From a virus (taxonomy: Duplodnaviria; Caudoviricetes), in IMG/VR virus record IMGVR_UViG_3300021408_000008, positions 1-48,803 of that record: a stretch of DNA of 48,803 bases. One strand, given 5' to 3'. Made by a program: the position numbers and the translations under genes. Below the pieces are notes generated by a model. The model was not told where the DNA came from. It worked only from the letters and a program-made list of their open reading frames with translations, and searched no databases. Every line of letters begins with the position of its first letter. Position 1 is the first letter of the stretch. This document shows positions 35,722 through 43,382 of the stretch, one piece after another.

Positions 35722-36274
35722 GCTACCTAAGGGCATGAAGGTCGAGATGAGCGATGGGCCTTCGCTGGCCTATGACCTGCTCTACTCGATGAACCACCAC
35801 GATTACCCGTGGGATGGCCCACCGGTGGTGGTGCCGTTCTTCGACCTGGATGGTTCGCCGCATCCGCTGGGTGCCATCCCACTCATCAAGGCCCGCTACG
35901 AAGAGGGCGGTGAGGTGGAGTTGGAGCCCATCACCATCGATGAGCTGGCCGAGTTCCTTGTCAGCCGGGACATCGAGCGTCCACCGGATCCCATCACCGC
36001 TGTGGCTTGGGTGAACGAGCTGTACATCGGTTCGCGGGACGAGATCTCCGACACCATCGGTGACAACCCCGGGGATGCAGAGGCGCGCTGTGCGATGGTG
36101 CGTTTCGTCGGCGGGGGCGTCCAGGCTGGGCTGCACATCCGGGGGATGGAGCCCGCCATGTGGTCGTCGTGGGAGCAGTCGGAGGCAGTGCCTGGTCAGA
36201 TGACGAACCGGGAAATCCTGGATTCGTTGGACTTGGTGTTGCGTGCGCTCAACACCGGGACGCTCGATGAGTGA
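35714..36274 (+). CDS. Hypothetical protein
   Basis: RBS AAGGAGG. Confidence 0.7.
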   Translation: MGELPKGMKVEMSDGPSLAYDLLYSMNHHDYPWDGPPVVVPFFDLDGSPHPLGAIPLIKARYEEGGEVELEPITIDELAEFLVSRDIERPPDPITAVAWVNELYIGSRDEISDTIGDNPGDAEARCAMVRFVGGGVQAGLHIRGMEPAMWSSWEQSEAVPGQMTNREILDSLDLVLRALNTGTLDE

Positions 36275-36575
36275 GCGTGCCATCGCGGTCACCCTGCTGG
36301 TGGGGCTCTGCTGCCTCACTGCGGGGTGGTCGCTGCATGCCCGGTGGATGTTCCACCGGGTCCGGATTCATGCCGTCTGGGGCCAATCTGGGCCCGTTGA
36401 GTGGCTGGTGACGCTTGGGCGTCCCATCGTCGGCAAGTTCGGGACCCGTGAGGAGGCCACCCACCACGCAGACCGCATCCGCAACGCCCTCATCGGGAGG
36501 GCTGAGGAAAGGAGGCAACGTGAGTCTCACGAAGGACAAAGCAACAGCGGAGGCGCTGAGGGCCCTCAGTCGTGA
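36267..36575 (+). CDS. Hypothetical membrane-anchored protein
   Basis: N-terminal hydrophobic helix; overlaps both neighbours. Confidence 0.55.
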   Translation: MSERAIAVTLLVGLCCLTAGWSLHARWMFHRVRIHAVWGQSGPVEWLVTLGRPIVGKFGTREEATHHADRIRNALIGRAEERRQRESHEGQSNSGGAEGPQS

Positions 36576-37548
36576 GCTGTTGGAGCTGGTCCAGGACGCC
36601 ACCCGACTGGGTTGGCGAGTAAACCTGGCCAACAACAAGGTCCTGTCACTGCATGCACCACGGCTGTCAGGCCAGGATGGCCGCCTGCAAGCGATCACCA
36701 TCCCACGCAGTGAACGGTCCATCAACGACAAGATCATGAACCAGTGGCACCGCAAGATCCGCACTTACGGTGACCCGGCCAAGCTGATGGACGATGACCG
36801 TCTGTTCGTGGAGGCCGAACGTGCCCACGATGAGCCGTGGCCTGGTCCGAAGGCGCAACCGAAGCGCAAAGTCGAGGATGTCCAGCTGCCTGACCCCCGT
36901 CCCGCTCCTCTGCCCACGGCCGTGGCTGAGGCGTTCGATCGGGCCCGCAAGGCACAGCAGGCCATCAACGACCTGGGTGCTGGTCCGCCCGGCACTGGGC
37001 CGGTCGACCGGGATGCTCCAGAGATGCCGGTCGAGGAAGGTTTCCCGTGCGAGGAGTGTGGGAAGGTCCTGCCTTCGCAGCGTGCCCTGCAAGGCCACGT
37101 CACCTGGACTCACAGTAAGGCGATCGAGATGCGTTACAAGGGTGGCCGCGGCACTGGCACCAAGAACGTCCGCAAGAAGTGCCCCATCTGCGGACACATG
37201 TCGGGCCTGCTGCCTCATCACCTGAGCGCGCACGCGCGCCGGGGGGAGACGAAGGAGAACTACGTCCCCGGCACGTACGAGAAGCGCAAGGCCCGGCTGA
37301 AGGAGGCCTACCCGAAGAAGGAGGGGGCAAAGATGGCGGAGTTGAACCAAGCCATGGCAGCACAGGAGGCTCTGGAGCTGGTCGTGGAGACGTTGCAGGA
37401 AGCCGGGGTCATCCCCGGGACAACTGCCCGGCTCCAGGAGCTGGAGGCGGAGAACGAGAAGCTGCGCACGCAGCTCGCCGAGTCGGGAGTGGCGCAGGAG
37501 GAGCTGCGTCAGCGCATCAAGGCAGTCAAGGACCTCTTCGGGTCTTGA
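36520..37548 (+). CDS. Multidomain protein with two C2H2-type Zn fingers and a C-terminal coiled coil
   Basis: FPCEECGKVLPSQRALQGHVTWTH and CPICGHMSGLLPHHLSAH; RBS AAAGGAGG. Confidence 0.75.
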   Translation: MSLTKDKATAEALRALSRELLELVQDATRLGWRVNLANNKVLSLHAPRLSGQDGRLQAITIPRSERSINDKIMNQWHRKIRTYGDPAKLMDDDRLFVEAERAHDEPWPGPKAQPKRKVEDVQLPDPRPAPLPTAVAEAFDRARKAQQAINDLGAGPPGTGPVDRDAPEMPVEEGFPCEECGKVLPSQRALQGHVTWTHSKAIEMRYKGGRGTGTKNVRKKCPICGHMSGLLPHHLSAHARRGETKENYVPGTYEKRKARLKEAYPKKEGAKMAELNQAMAAQEALELVVETLQEAGVIPGTTARLQELEAENEKLRTQLAESGVAQEELRQRIKAVKDLFGS

Positions 37549-37574
37549 CATAGATGCCATACATGTGCTATACT
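37545..37574 (+). promoter_or_regulatory. Strong sigma70/HrdB-type promoter
   Basis: TTGACA-N18-TATACT with extended -10 TG. Confidence 0.85.
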
Positions 37575-37643
37575 GTATGACAGGTGGGTCTCCGCGAGCC
37601 CGACGTAAGGGAGCGGAGGCCCATCTCTCACCGGAGGAGCAGC

Positions 37644-37658
37644 ATTCAACCGTTGAAT
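37644..37658 (+). promoter_or_regulatory. 15-bp palindromic site (site 10)
   Basis: Exact motif extended by CAGC/GCTG, in the leader of the AAA gene. Confidence 0.9.
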
Positions 37659-37682
37659 GCTGACGAGAGAAGAAGGAGCCAC

Positions 37683-39172
37683 GTGGCTACCAGCAGCAAG
37701 GACCTCGACAAGGTGACGCAGGCGAAGATCCTCGCCAACCTCGCCGTCCTCGGTGGACAGCGCGTCCAGGACGACGCTGTCGTCTACGAAGGGACCAAGC
37801 TCATCCTGCCTGAGCAGTACCAGGGGCAGCCGATGCAGAAGGTCGTCAACTTCCTGGTCGAGTACGAGGAGGAGCAGGAGAACAAGTTCAACATCTCCCG
37901 CAACTTCCAGTACCACCCGTTCGACGTGGCCAACGCATTCCAGCTGGTGCTGAAGGACGTGTTCGGCACCACCGGCTTCGGCCAGACCACGTACGACATG
38001 TTCGGTGGGGAGCACCCGCCGGAGTTCAAGACCGTCAGCATCGGCGCCGGGCAGACCGTTCAGGTGCCGTGGGGGCACTTCAAGCTCCCCATCCTCAACG
38101 CCACCTTCGTCATCGACGTGACCCGTGACCGCACCGGGCAGCTCGTGGGCTACCTGGTGTGCGAGGCCCCGAAGAAGTTCCGCTCCCAAGTGGATGGTGT
38201 CTTCAAGGCGGTGGAGCAGCGCCTCACCGAGGTGTCGCTGTTCCGGGGCAAGGCCATCGACGCCAACTGGATGGAGCCGGAGTTCCTGGACCTCACCGGG
38301 GTCGACGAGTCCAAGGTGGCCTACTCCGCGGAGACCATCCGCCAGATCGACGCCAACATCTGGACCGTGGTCGAGCACACCGCTGCCGTTCAGGCTGCGG
38401 GCATGAAGCTGAAGCGGGCCGTCCTGCTGGAAGGCCCCTACGGCACCGGTAAGTCCCTCACCGGCCTGCTGACGGCGAAGAAGGCCGTCGCCAACGGCTG
38501 GACCTTCGTCTACTGCCGCCCCGGCCAGGACCTGGCGCAGGCGCTGCACGCGGCGAAGCTGCTCGCTCCGTCGGTGGTGTTCTTCGAGGACCTCGACGTC
38601 ATCGCCGAGCCGGGCGCTGGGCAGGACCAGGACCGGGTGTCGAAGCTGCTGGACCAGTTCGACGGCATCAGCAACAAGACCAGCCCGGTACTGGCTGTGC
38701 TCACCACCAACCACGTCGACCGGCTGCACCGGGGCATGCTGCGCCCGGGGCGTCTCGACGCGGTCGTGCACATCGGTGAGCTGGACGCTGCCGGGGTGCG
38801 GGTGCTGATCGACTCGGTGCTGCCGGAGCGGCTGCGGGGACGATCAACTACGACGAGGTCTTCATCGAGATGGAGGGCTTCCTTCCCGCGTTCATCAAGG
38901 AGGCTGCGGAGCGTGCTCTGCGCTACTCCATCGCCCGCACGAAGGGCCGCCCGGAGCCGGTGAGCACCGTGGACCTGGTCGCTGCTGCGACTGGTCTGCG
39001 ACCGCAGCTGGACCTCATGAACGGGGCTGGGGAGAAGAAGGACCGGCCCTCGCTGGACGAGGCGCTGGGCGACCTCGTCGACGGGCGCCTGGGCAAGGTC
39101 GTCGTGGTCGACAACGACAACCCGGACTACGTCGAGTCCCGGCTGAAGATCCAGGAGACCTCCACGAAGTAA
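37683..39172 (+). CDS. AAA+ ATPase, split by a -1 frameshift near 38838
   Basis: VLLEGPYGTGKS, VVFFEDLD, TTNHVDRL and LRPGRLD; the lid region (INYDEV...EGFLPAFIKEAAERA) continues in the -1 frame to 39172. Confidence 0.85.
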
Positions 39173-39177
39173 CGGAC

Positions 39178-39214
39178 CAGGGTGGGGCTCGCATTTCGGG
39201 CGAACCCCACCCTG
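39178..39214 (+). terminator. Stem-loop after the AAA gene
   Basis: CAGGGTGGGG-CTCGC...GCGAA-CCCCACCCTG. Confidence 0.7.
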
Positions 39215-39261
39215 ATGCCATATGCTGCCACTGTGTGGCAGACCGACGCTAGGGATGCCAC

Positions 39262-39510
39262 ATGACCCAGTACAAGGCCCTCGTCGGCCCACAAGGCACC
39301 GAGTCTTCTACCTGGCCAAACAGGGACAAGGCGAGGTTGGCGGTCCTGCACGGGTTGTCCGTCGCCGCGGACGTGAACCCCGTTGATGCGGCGGTGATCG
39401 AACAGGTGATGAACCACCTGAACGAGGCCCGTGAGTCCTTCGTTGACTACTTCCTGTTCGACGGCGAGGAATGGACGGCCCAGTACTGGCCGGATTCAAC
39501 CGTTGAATGA
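39262..39510 (+). CDS. Hypothetical protein
   Basis: ORF ends within palindrome site 11 (DSTVE*). Confidence 0.65.
   Translation: MTQYKALVGPQGTESSTWPNRDKARLAVLHGLSVAADVNPVDAAVIEQVMNHLNEARESFVDYFLFDGEEWTAQYWPDSTVE
39494..39508 (+). promoter_or_regulatory. 15-bp palindromic site (site 11)
   Basis: Exact motif overlapping the ATGA gene junction. Confidence 0.9.
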
Positions 39511-39842
39511 AGGAGGGACCAGCGGTGGTGGAGTTCCTGCGTGACCTGCCCAAGACCAAGCAACCCCCGGCCCGGTCGAAGTACGACTGGGAAGCCATTG
39601 CCCGGGCACTGAAGCGCGAACCAGGGGAGTGGGCGGTCGTGGCACGAGATGTGCCTCGCTCGCACGCCGCGCAGATCCGTGCCGGGGCCAAGAGGGCTTT
39701 CCGTCCCGCCGAGCACTACCTGTGCACCACGGTCGGCCCGGCTGGTCCCCGGGCTGACCTGTACATGGCCTACATCGGGTCACCTGGTGCTCGGCTGGTG
39801 GCGGAGAAGCGACACCCGAGAAAGAGAGATGAAGATGAGTGA
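39507..39842 (+). CDS. Hypothetical protein
   Basis: YDWEAIARALKREPGEWAVV; ATGA coupling. Confidence 0.7.
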   Translation: MKEGPAVVEFLRDLPKTKQPPARSKYDWEAIARALKREPGEWAVVARDVPRSHAAQIRAGAKRAFRPAEHYLCTTVGPAGPRADLYMAYIGSPGARLVAEKRHPRKRDEDE

Positions 39843-40080
39843 GTCCAAAGACGTCATCGAGATCGACCAGACCGGCGAGAAGCAGATCCACCTCACCTTC
39901 GAGGAGCTGGAGGCGCTGCTCGACAGCGCCGCCGGGGTGGGCTGGGCGGTGGGCGCCGCCGGTGACCCGGCCCCGAAGATCCAGCTGAGGGACATGCGCG
40001 AGCCGGGGCAGCGTGGCAGCGAGACCAGCGCCCCGCTGAGCGACATCGGCCTCAGCGTCTCCCCCAAGGGCGATGACTGA
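39835..40080 (+). CDS. Hypothetical protein
   Basis: Packed ORF with good codon usage. Confidence 0.6.
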   Translation: MSESKDVIEIDQTGEKQIHLTFEELEALLDSAAGVGWAVGAAGDPAPKIQLRDMREPGQRGSETSAPLSDIGLSVSPKGDD

Positions 40081-40480
40081 CGAAACGGTCTCGGCCAACC
40101 GCCGCCGACTGATGGTCGCCCGCGCCGTGCTGAACGAGCTGGCTGGCGCGGGCGTCCTGTCGGGGAAGGTGATCAACCGCAAGGACCCCGACGACTGGCA
40201 CGTCACCGACTTGCCGTTGGATGGGCGGCTGATCTGGACGGGGTCGAAGAACCCGGCGAGGATCACCGAACTGTGGCGCTGGGTGCGTGATCACCGACAG
40301 CGCAAGAAGTGGGGGGCGCTGGCGTCCCCTGCATGGGGGGTTGGTGCGGGGATCGAGATCCGAATCCCGCTGGAAGACTTCGCCACCTTGCTGGGGAAGT
40401 TGGACATGCTCCTGAGGGAGCAGGAGAGGTGGCTCAATGGCCCTGCCAGTGGCGACGTTCCAGGGAAACCTGACCGCTGA
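40073..40480 (+). CDS. Hypothetical protein
   Basis: Packed ORF upstream of ssb. Confidence 0.6.
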   Translation: MTDETVSANRRRLMVARAVLNELAGAGVLSGKVINRKDPDDWHVTDLPLDGRLIWTGSKNPARITELWRWVRDHRQRKKWGALASPAWGVGAGIEIRIPLEDFATLLGKLDMLLREQERWLNGPASGDVPGKPDR

Positions 40481-40853
40481 CCCGGAGCTGAAGTTCACTC
40501 CCAACGGTCAGGCGGTGGCGAACTTCCGCCTCGCCATGACGAACCGTCAGAAGACCGACGACGGGAAGTGGGAGGACAAGGACCAGCTGTTCATCGGCGT
40601 CTCGGCGTGGGAGCAGCTGGCCGAGAACGTGGTCGAGACCCTGAAGAAGGGGATGGCCGTGATCGTGGTGGGTCAGCTGAAGCAGCGCTCCTACGAGAAC
40701 AAGGAAGGCGTCACGGTCACCGTGACGGAGCTGCGTGCCTACGACGTGGGTCCGTCGCTTCGCTACGCGGCCGCGGACGTGAAGAAGGTGTCACGTCAGC
40801 AGGCTGGTGAGCAGCCCGCGAAGCCGAAGGTCCCCGATGCCCCGCCGTTCTGA
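40437..40853 (+). CDS. ssb: Single-stranded DNA-binding protein
   Basis: GNLTADPELKFTPNGQAVANFRLA, WEQLAENV, GQLKQRSYE, VGPSLRYA and C-terminal DAPPF. Confidence 0.95.
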   Translation: MALPVATFQGNLTADPELKFTPNGQAVANFRLAMTNRQKTDDGKWEDKDQLFIGVSAWEQLAENVVETLKKGMAVIVVGQLKQRSYENKEGVTVTVTELRAYDVGPSLRYAAADVKKVSRQQAGEQPAKPKVPDAPPF

Positions 40854-41049
40854 GGTTGCCCGGCAGGTCGCTGACTTCGCCCACGACGAGGACGAGGCGC
40901 TGCTGATCAAGCGCCAGTACGACAAGGCGATCGAAGGGTTCACCCTGCCGGAGGAGAGAGATCGTTGGGGCTCGACGGTGGAGTGGGACAACGAGAAGGC
41001 GGTCTGGAACATCATCGTAATCGAGTACGAGGAGGATGCAGATGAGTGA
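40837..41049 (+). CDS. Hypothetical protein
   Basis: Fills the gap after ssb; acidic. Confidence 0.55.
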   Translation: MPRRSEVARQVADFAHDEDEALLIKRQYDKAIEGFTLPEERDRWGSTVEWDNEKAVWNIIVIEYEEDADE

Positions 41050-41467
41050 CGAAGAGTCCAATGGCGAGGAGGAGGTCAAGGACATCCTGGAGCAGCTGTT
41101 GGGTGCGCTCCCACCGGAGATCAAGAAGGACCTGGCGATGAAGTTGCGTGAGCGGCTGCGCCAGGCCGCCTGGATCCGCACCGGCATCCCGCAGGAGTAC
41201 ATCGAGGACAAGGTCGACACGGGCATGATCGCCTCGTTCGCCTACATCGACCTCGGCATCCAAGTGGGCCTGCTCGCTGCTCTGGAGTACGTGCAGAACG
41301 GCGAGCCACCGACGCAGGAGTGGCAGTACCCGGACTTCAAGGGCACTGCTGACGAGGCGGCGGCCCGGAAGCTGAAGACGGACCCCCAGTTCGCCGCGAA
41401 GGTCCAGGAGCAGCAGAGGAAGTATCGCCAGGTAGGGATGCTCTACCCCCCGAAGGAGGGCGAGTGA
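41042..41467 (+). CDS. Hypothetical protein
   Basis: RBS GAGGAGG. Confidence 0.7.
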   Translation: MSDEESNGEEEVKDILEQLLGALPPEIKKDLAMKLRERLRQAAWIRTGIPQEYIEDKVDTGMIASFAYIDLGIQVGLLAALEYVQNGEPPTQEWQYPDFKGTADEAAARKLKTDPQFAAKVQEQQRKYRQVGMLYPPKEGE

Positions 41468-42069
41468 TCATCAAGCTCAGGGTCCACGAGGACACTATCC
41501 ACGCGCACGTGGACGTGTCCGTGGGGGTGGACCGGAACCACCTGCAACTGTCCGGCTACCTGACCATGGGCCGTGATCAGTGGGCGCAGTTCGAGTCCAC
41601 GATGGTGACCGGCTCCGGTAGCGGGGTGACGCTGGTGGTGGAGCAAGACCACAGAGAGGAAAGGGTCTATGGCGAAGAAGGAAGAGCCGGAGCTGACGAG
41701 GGAGCAGAAGTTCTCGGCAGCGAGGAACACGGCGCTGCGGCACTTGCGGGAGAAGTACCGCAAGGAGTGGAACGCGCTGCTGAAACTGGAGCTGGCGAAG
41801 GCGGGGATCACCGACTGGACGCCCCCGCTGACGGAGGAGGAGAGGGCACAGCAGACGATCATCGGGCTGCTGGAGCAGTTCCCGAGCCTTCGCCGGAGCT
41901 GGCTGCCGAGCCCCGGTACTCCCCTGGCGGGGGAATCCCCGGGAAGGACCGGGTGGCCGAACGTGCAGCAGACGAACAGCCCGGAGCTGCCGCCGGACCC
42001 GGACAGCCTCCCCGTAAGCGAGCCGCCCGCAAGCGCGCCGCCGGACCCCGTTCTCACGAAGAAGGGTGA
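41464..42069 (+). CDS. Hypothetical protein whose C-terminal part overlaps 41669-42112
   Basis: RBS AAGGAGG and GTGA coupling. Confidence 0.5.
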   Translation: MIIKLRVHEDTIHAHVDVSVGVDRNHLQLSGYLTMGRDQWAQFESTMVTGSGSGVTLVVEQDHREERVYGEEGRAGADEGAEVLGSEEHGAAALAGEVPQGVERAAETGAGEGGDHRLDAPADGGGEGTADDHRAAGAVPEPSPELAAEPRYSPGGGIPGKDRVAERAADEQPGAAAGPGQPPRKRAARKRAAGPRSHEEG

Positions 42070-42112
42070 GCCTGACCCTGCTGAGGACGTCACCCGCAAC
42101 GACTACGCCTGA
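41669..42112 (+). CDS. Hypothetical protein with basic N-terminus and Pro-rich tail
   Basis: RBS GGAAAGG; ARNTALRHLREKYRKEW. Confidence 0.65.
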   Translation: MAKKEEPELTREQKFSAARNTALRHLREKYRKEWNALLKLELAKAGITDWTPPLTEEERAQQTIIGLLEQFPSLRRSWLPSPGTPLAGESPGRTGWPNVQQTNSPELPPDPDSLPVSEPPASAPPDPVLTKKGEPDPAEDVTRNDYA

Positions 42113-42122
42113 GGGAGGCGTC

Positions 42123-42287
42123 ATGAACGAGGAGGAGCGCCAGCGCATCGAGCGTGGCGACTCGGAGTCCTCGGTCCCGCTGGTCGTGGCTGCGGCGCTG
42201 CTCGCGCTGCTGCTGCTGTGGGTGGCTGGGTCGTGTGACACCGATGACGGTTCGTGGCGTGACCCCACCACGTGGGTGGGGAAGTGA
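42123..42287 (+). CDS. Small membrane protein
   Basis: RBS GGGAGG; a single TM segment. Confidence 0.6.
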   Translation: MNEEERQRIERGDSESSVPLVVAAALLALLLLWVAGSCDTDDGSWRDPTTWVGK

Positions 42288-42288
42288 C

Positions 42289-42303
42289 ATTCAACCGTTG
42301 AAT
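42289..42303 (+). promoter_or_regulatory. 15-bp palindromic site (site 12)
   Basis: Exact motif at the start of a long structured intergenic region. Confidence 0.9.
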
Positions 42304-42790
42304 GGTGAAGCCCCCGGGGAGCGTGCAGTCTCAACCCGGGGGCCATTCACCGAAGAAAGGAGCGGAGCAGCTCCAACCAACATCCCCGAGTGTAGCGGGT
42401 GTAGCGTGTGTGCCACCGAAGGAGCCGGAGCGACCCCCACTCACGGGAAAGGAGGCCCAACCAACATGGCTCGCCGCGTGCAGCGGCAGGGCTTCCAGCA
42501 GAAAGAAATCTCGGCCCATGTGGGCCTGCTGAAGCCTTGTCCCCCCTGACCGCCGCTGTAGGCGGCATACGAGACTGCGCCTCGGATCATCAAGTCGTCT
42601 CGGGCTCCTAGCCGGGCTGGGGAGGTAACGCCGGTTGAGCTTCGCGCATGGCGCAGGTGGGTGGACTCTGTTCGAACCGCAACCCGAGGTCTGTAGATGA
42701 AGAACCACAGCAAGACGGCGATGAGGTTGCGGCGTCAGACAGCAGCGTGGCATCGCCGAAACGGTCCGGTTGAGACCCGTACGAGCGAGG
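42304..42790 (+). ncRNA. Structured non-coding region with an embedded 27-aa ORF (42466-42549)
   Basis: Several inverted repeats and no convincing long ORF; RBS GAAAGGAGG before the small ORF. Confidence 0.4.
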
Positions 42791-42798
42791 AGAGAGCA

Positions 42799-43080
42799 GT
42801 GAGTGAAGAGAAGATCCAGTCCTACGGTTCGACGTTCTCCGGTGACCTGATGGTCCCGCTCCCCCCTCCGGGGGTGCACATGTGGGTGGTCCCGGCGTAC
42901 TTCCTGGTCAACATGGACGAGGACAGGGAAGACCTCCCCGACGGCGACTACGGGATGCACCTGACGTTCGGGAAGGACACTCTCGCCGAGATCGGCTCCC
43001 CCGGGTGCAACCTCTGCGAACACGCCTACGAGGACGCGAAGGACATCCCGTGCCCGGGGAAGCCCCAGGAGGACGCGTGA
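42799..43080 (+). CDS. Cys/His hypothetical protein (paralog B1)
   Basis: GDLMVPLPPPGVHMW...GCNLC...PCPG. Confidence 0.7.
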   Translation: MSEEKIQSYGSTFSGDLMVPLPPPGVHMWVVPAYFLVNMDEDREDLPDGDYGMHLTFGKDTLAEIGSPGCNLCEHAYEDAKDIPCPGKPQEDA

Positions 43081-43382
43081 GCGACGAGGAACGCCGGGAG
43101 GAACAGGAGGTCTTCCAAAACATCGGCATGAGCGTTGCTGGCGAACTGATGATGCAGCGGCCTCCCACCGGTGAGCACATGTGGACGGTCCCGGTCTGGT
43201 ATCGGGTGGACCCGTCGACGATGGAGAAGAGTGACGACGGGTTCGAGAACCTGTTCATGGACATGACCAGGGCGACGATGGTGGTCACCGGCGAGTTGGG
43301 GTGTGTCCTTTGCCGCCGCTCCTACACCTACGGCAAGTACCTGCCGTGTGAGGGCTCCTACGAGGCCAGGACGGACCTTTGA
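43077..43382 (+). CDS. Cys/His hypothetical protein (paralog B2)
   Basis: GELMMQRPPTGEHMW...GCVLC...PCEG. Confidence 0.7.
   Translation: MSDEERREEQEVFQNIGMSVAGELMMQRPPTGEHMWTVPVWYRVDPSTMEKSDDGFENLFMDMTRATMVVTGELGCVLCRRSYTYGKYLPCEGSYEARTDL

Noticed and set aside
42660-42690. GTTCGAA as a tRNA T-loop
   Set aside because: No flanking 5-bp T-stem or acceptor stem.
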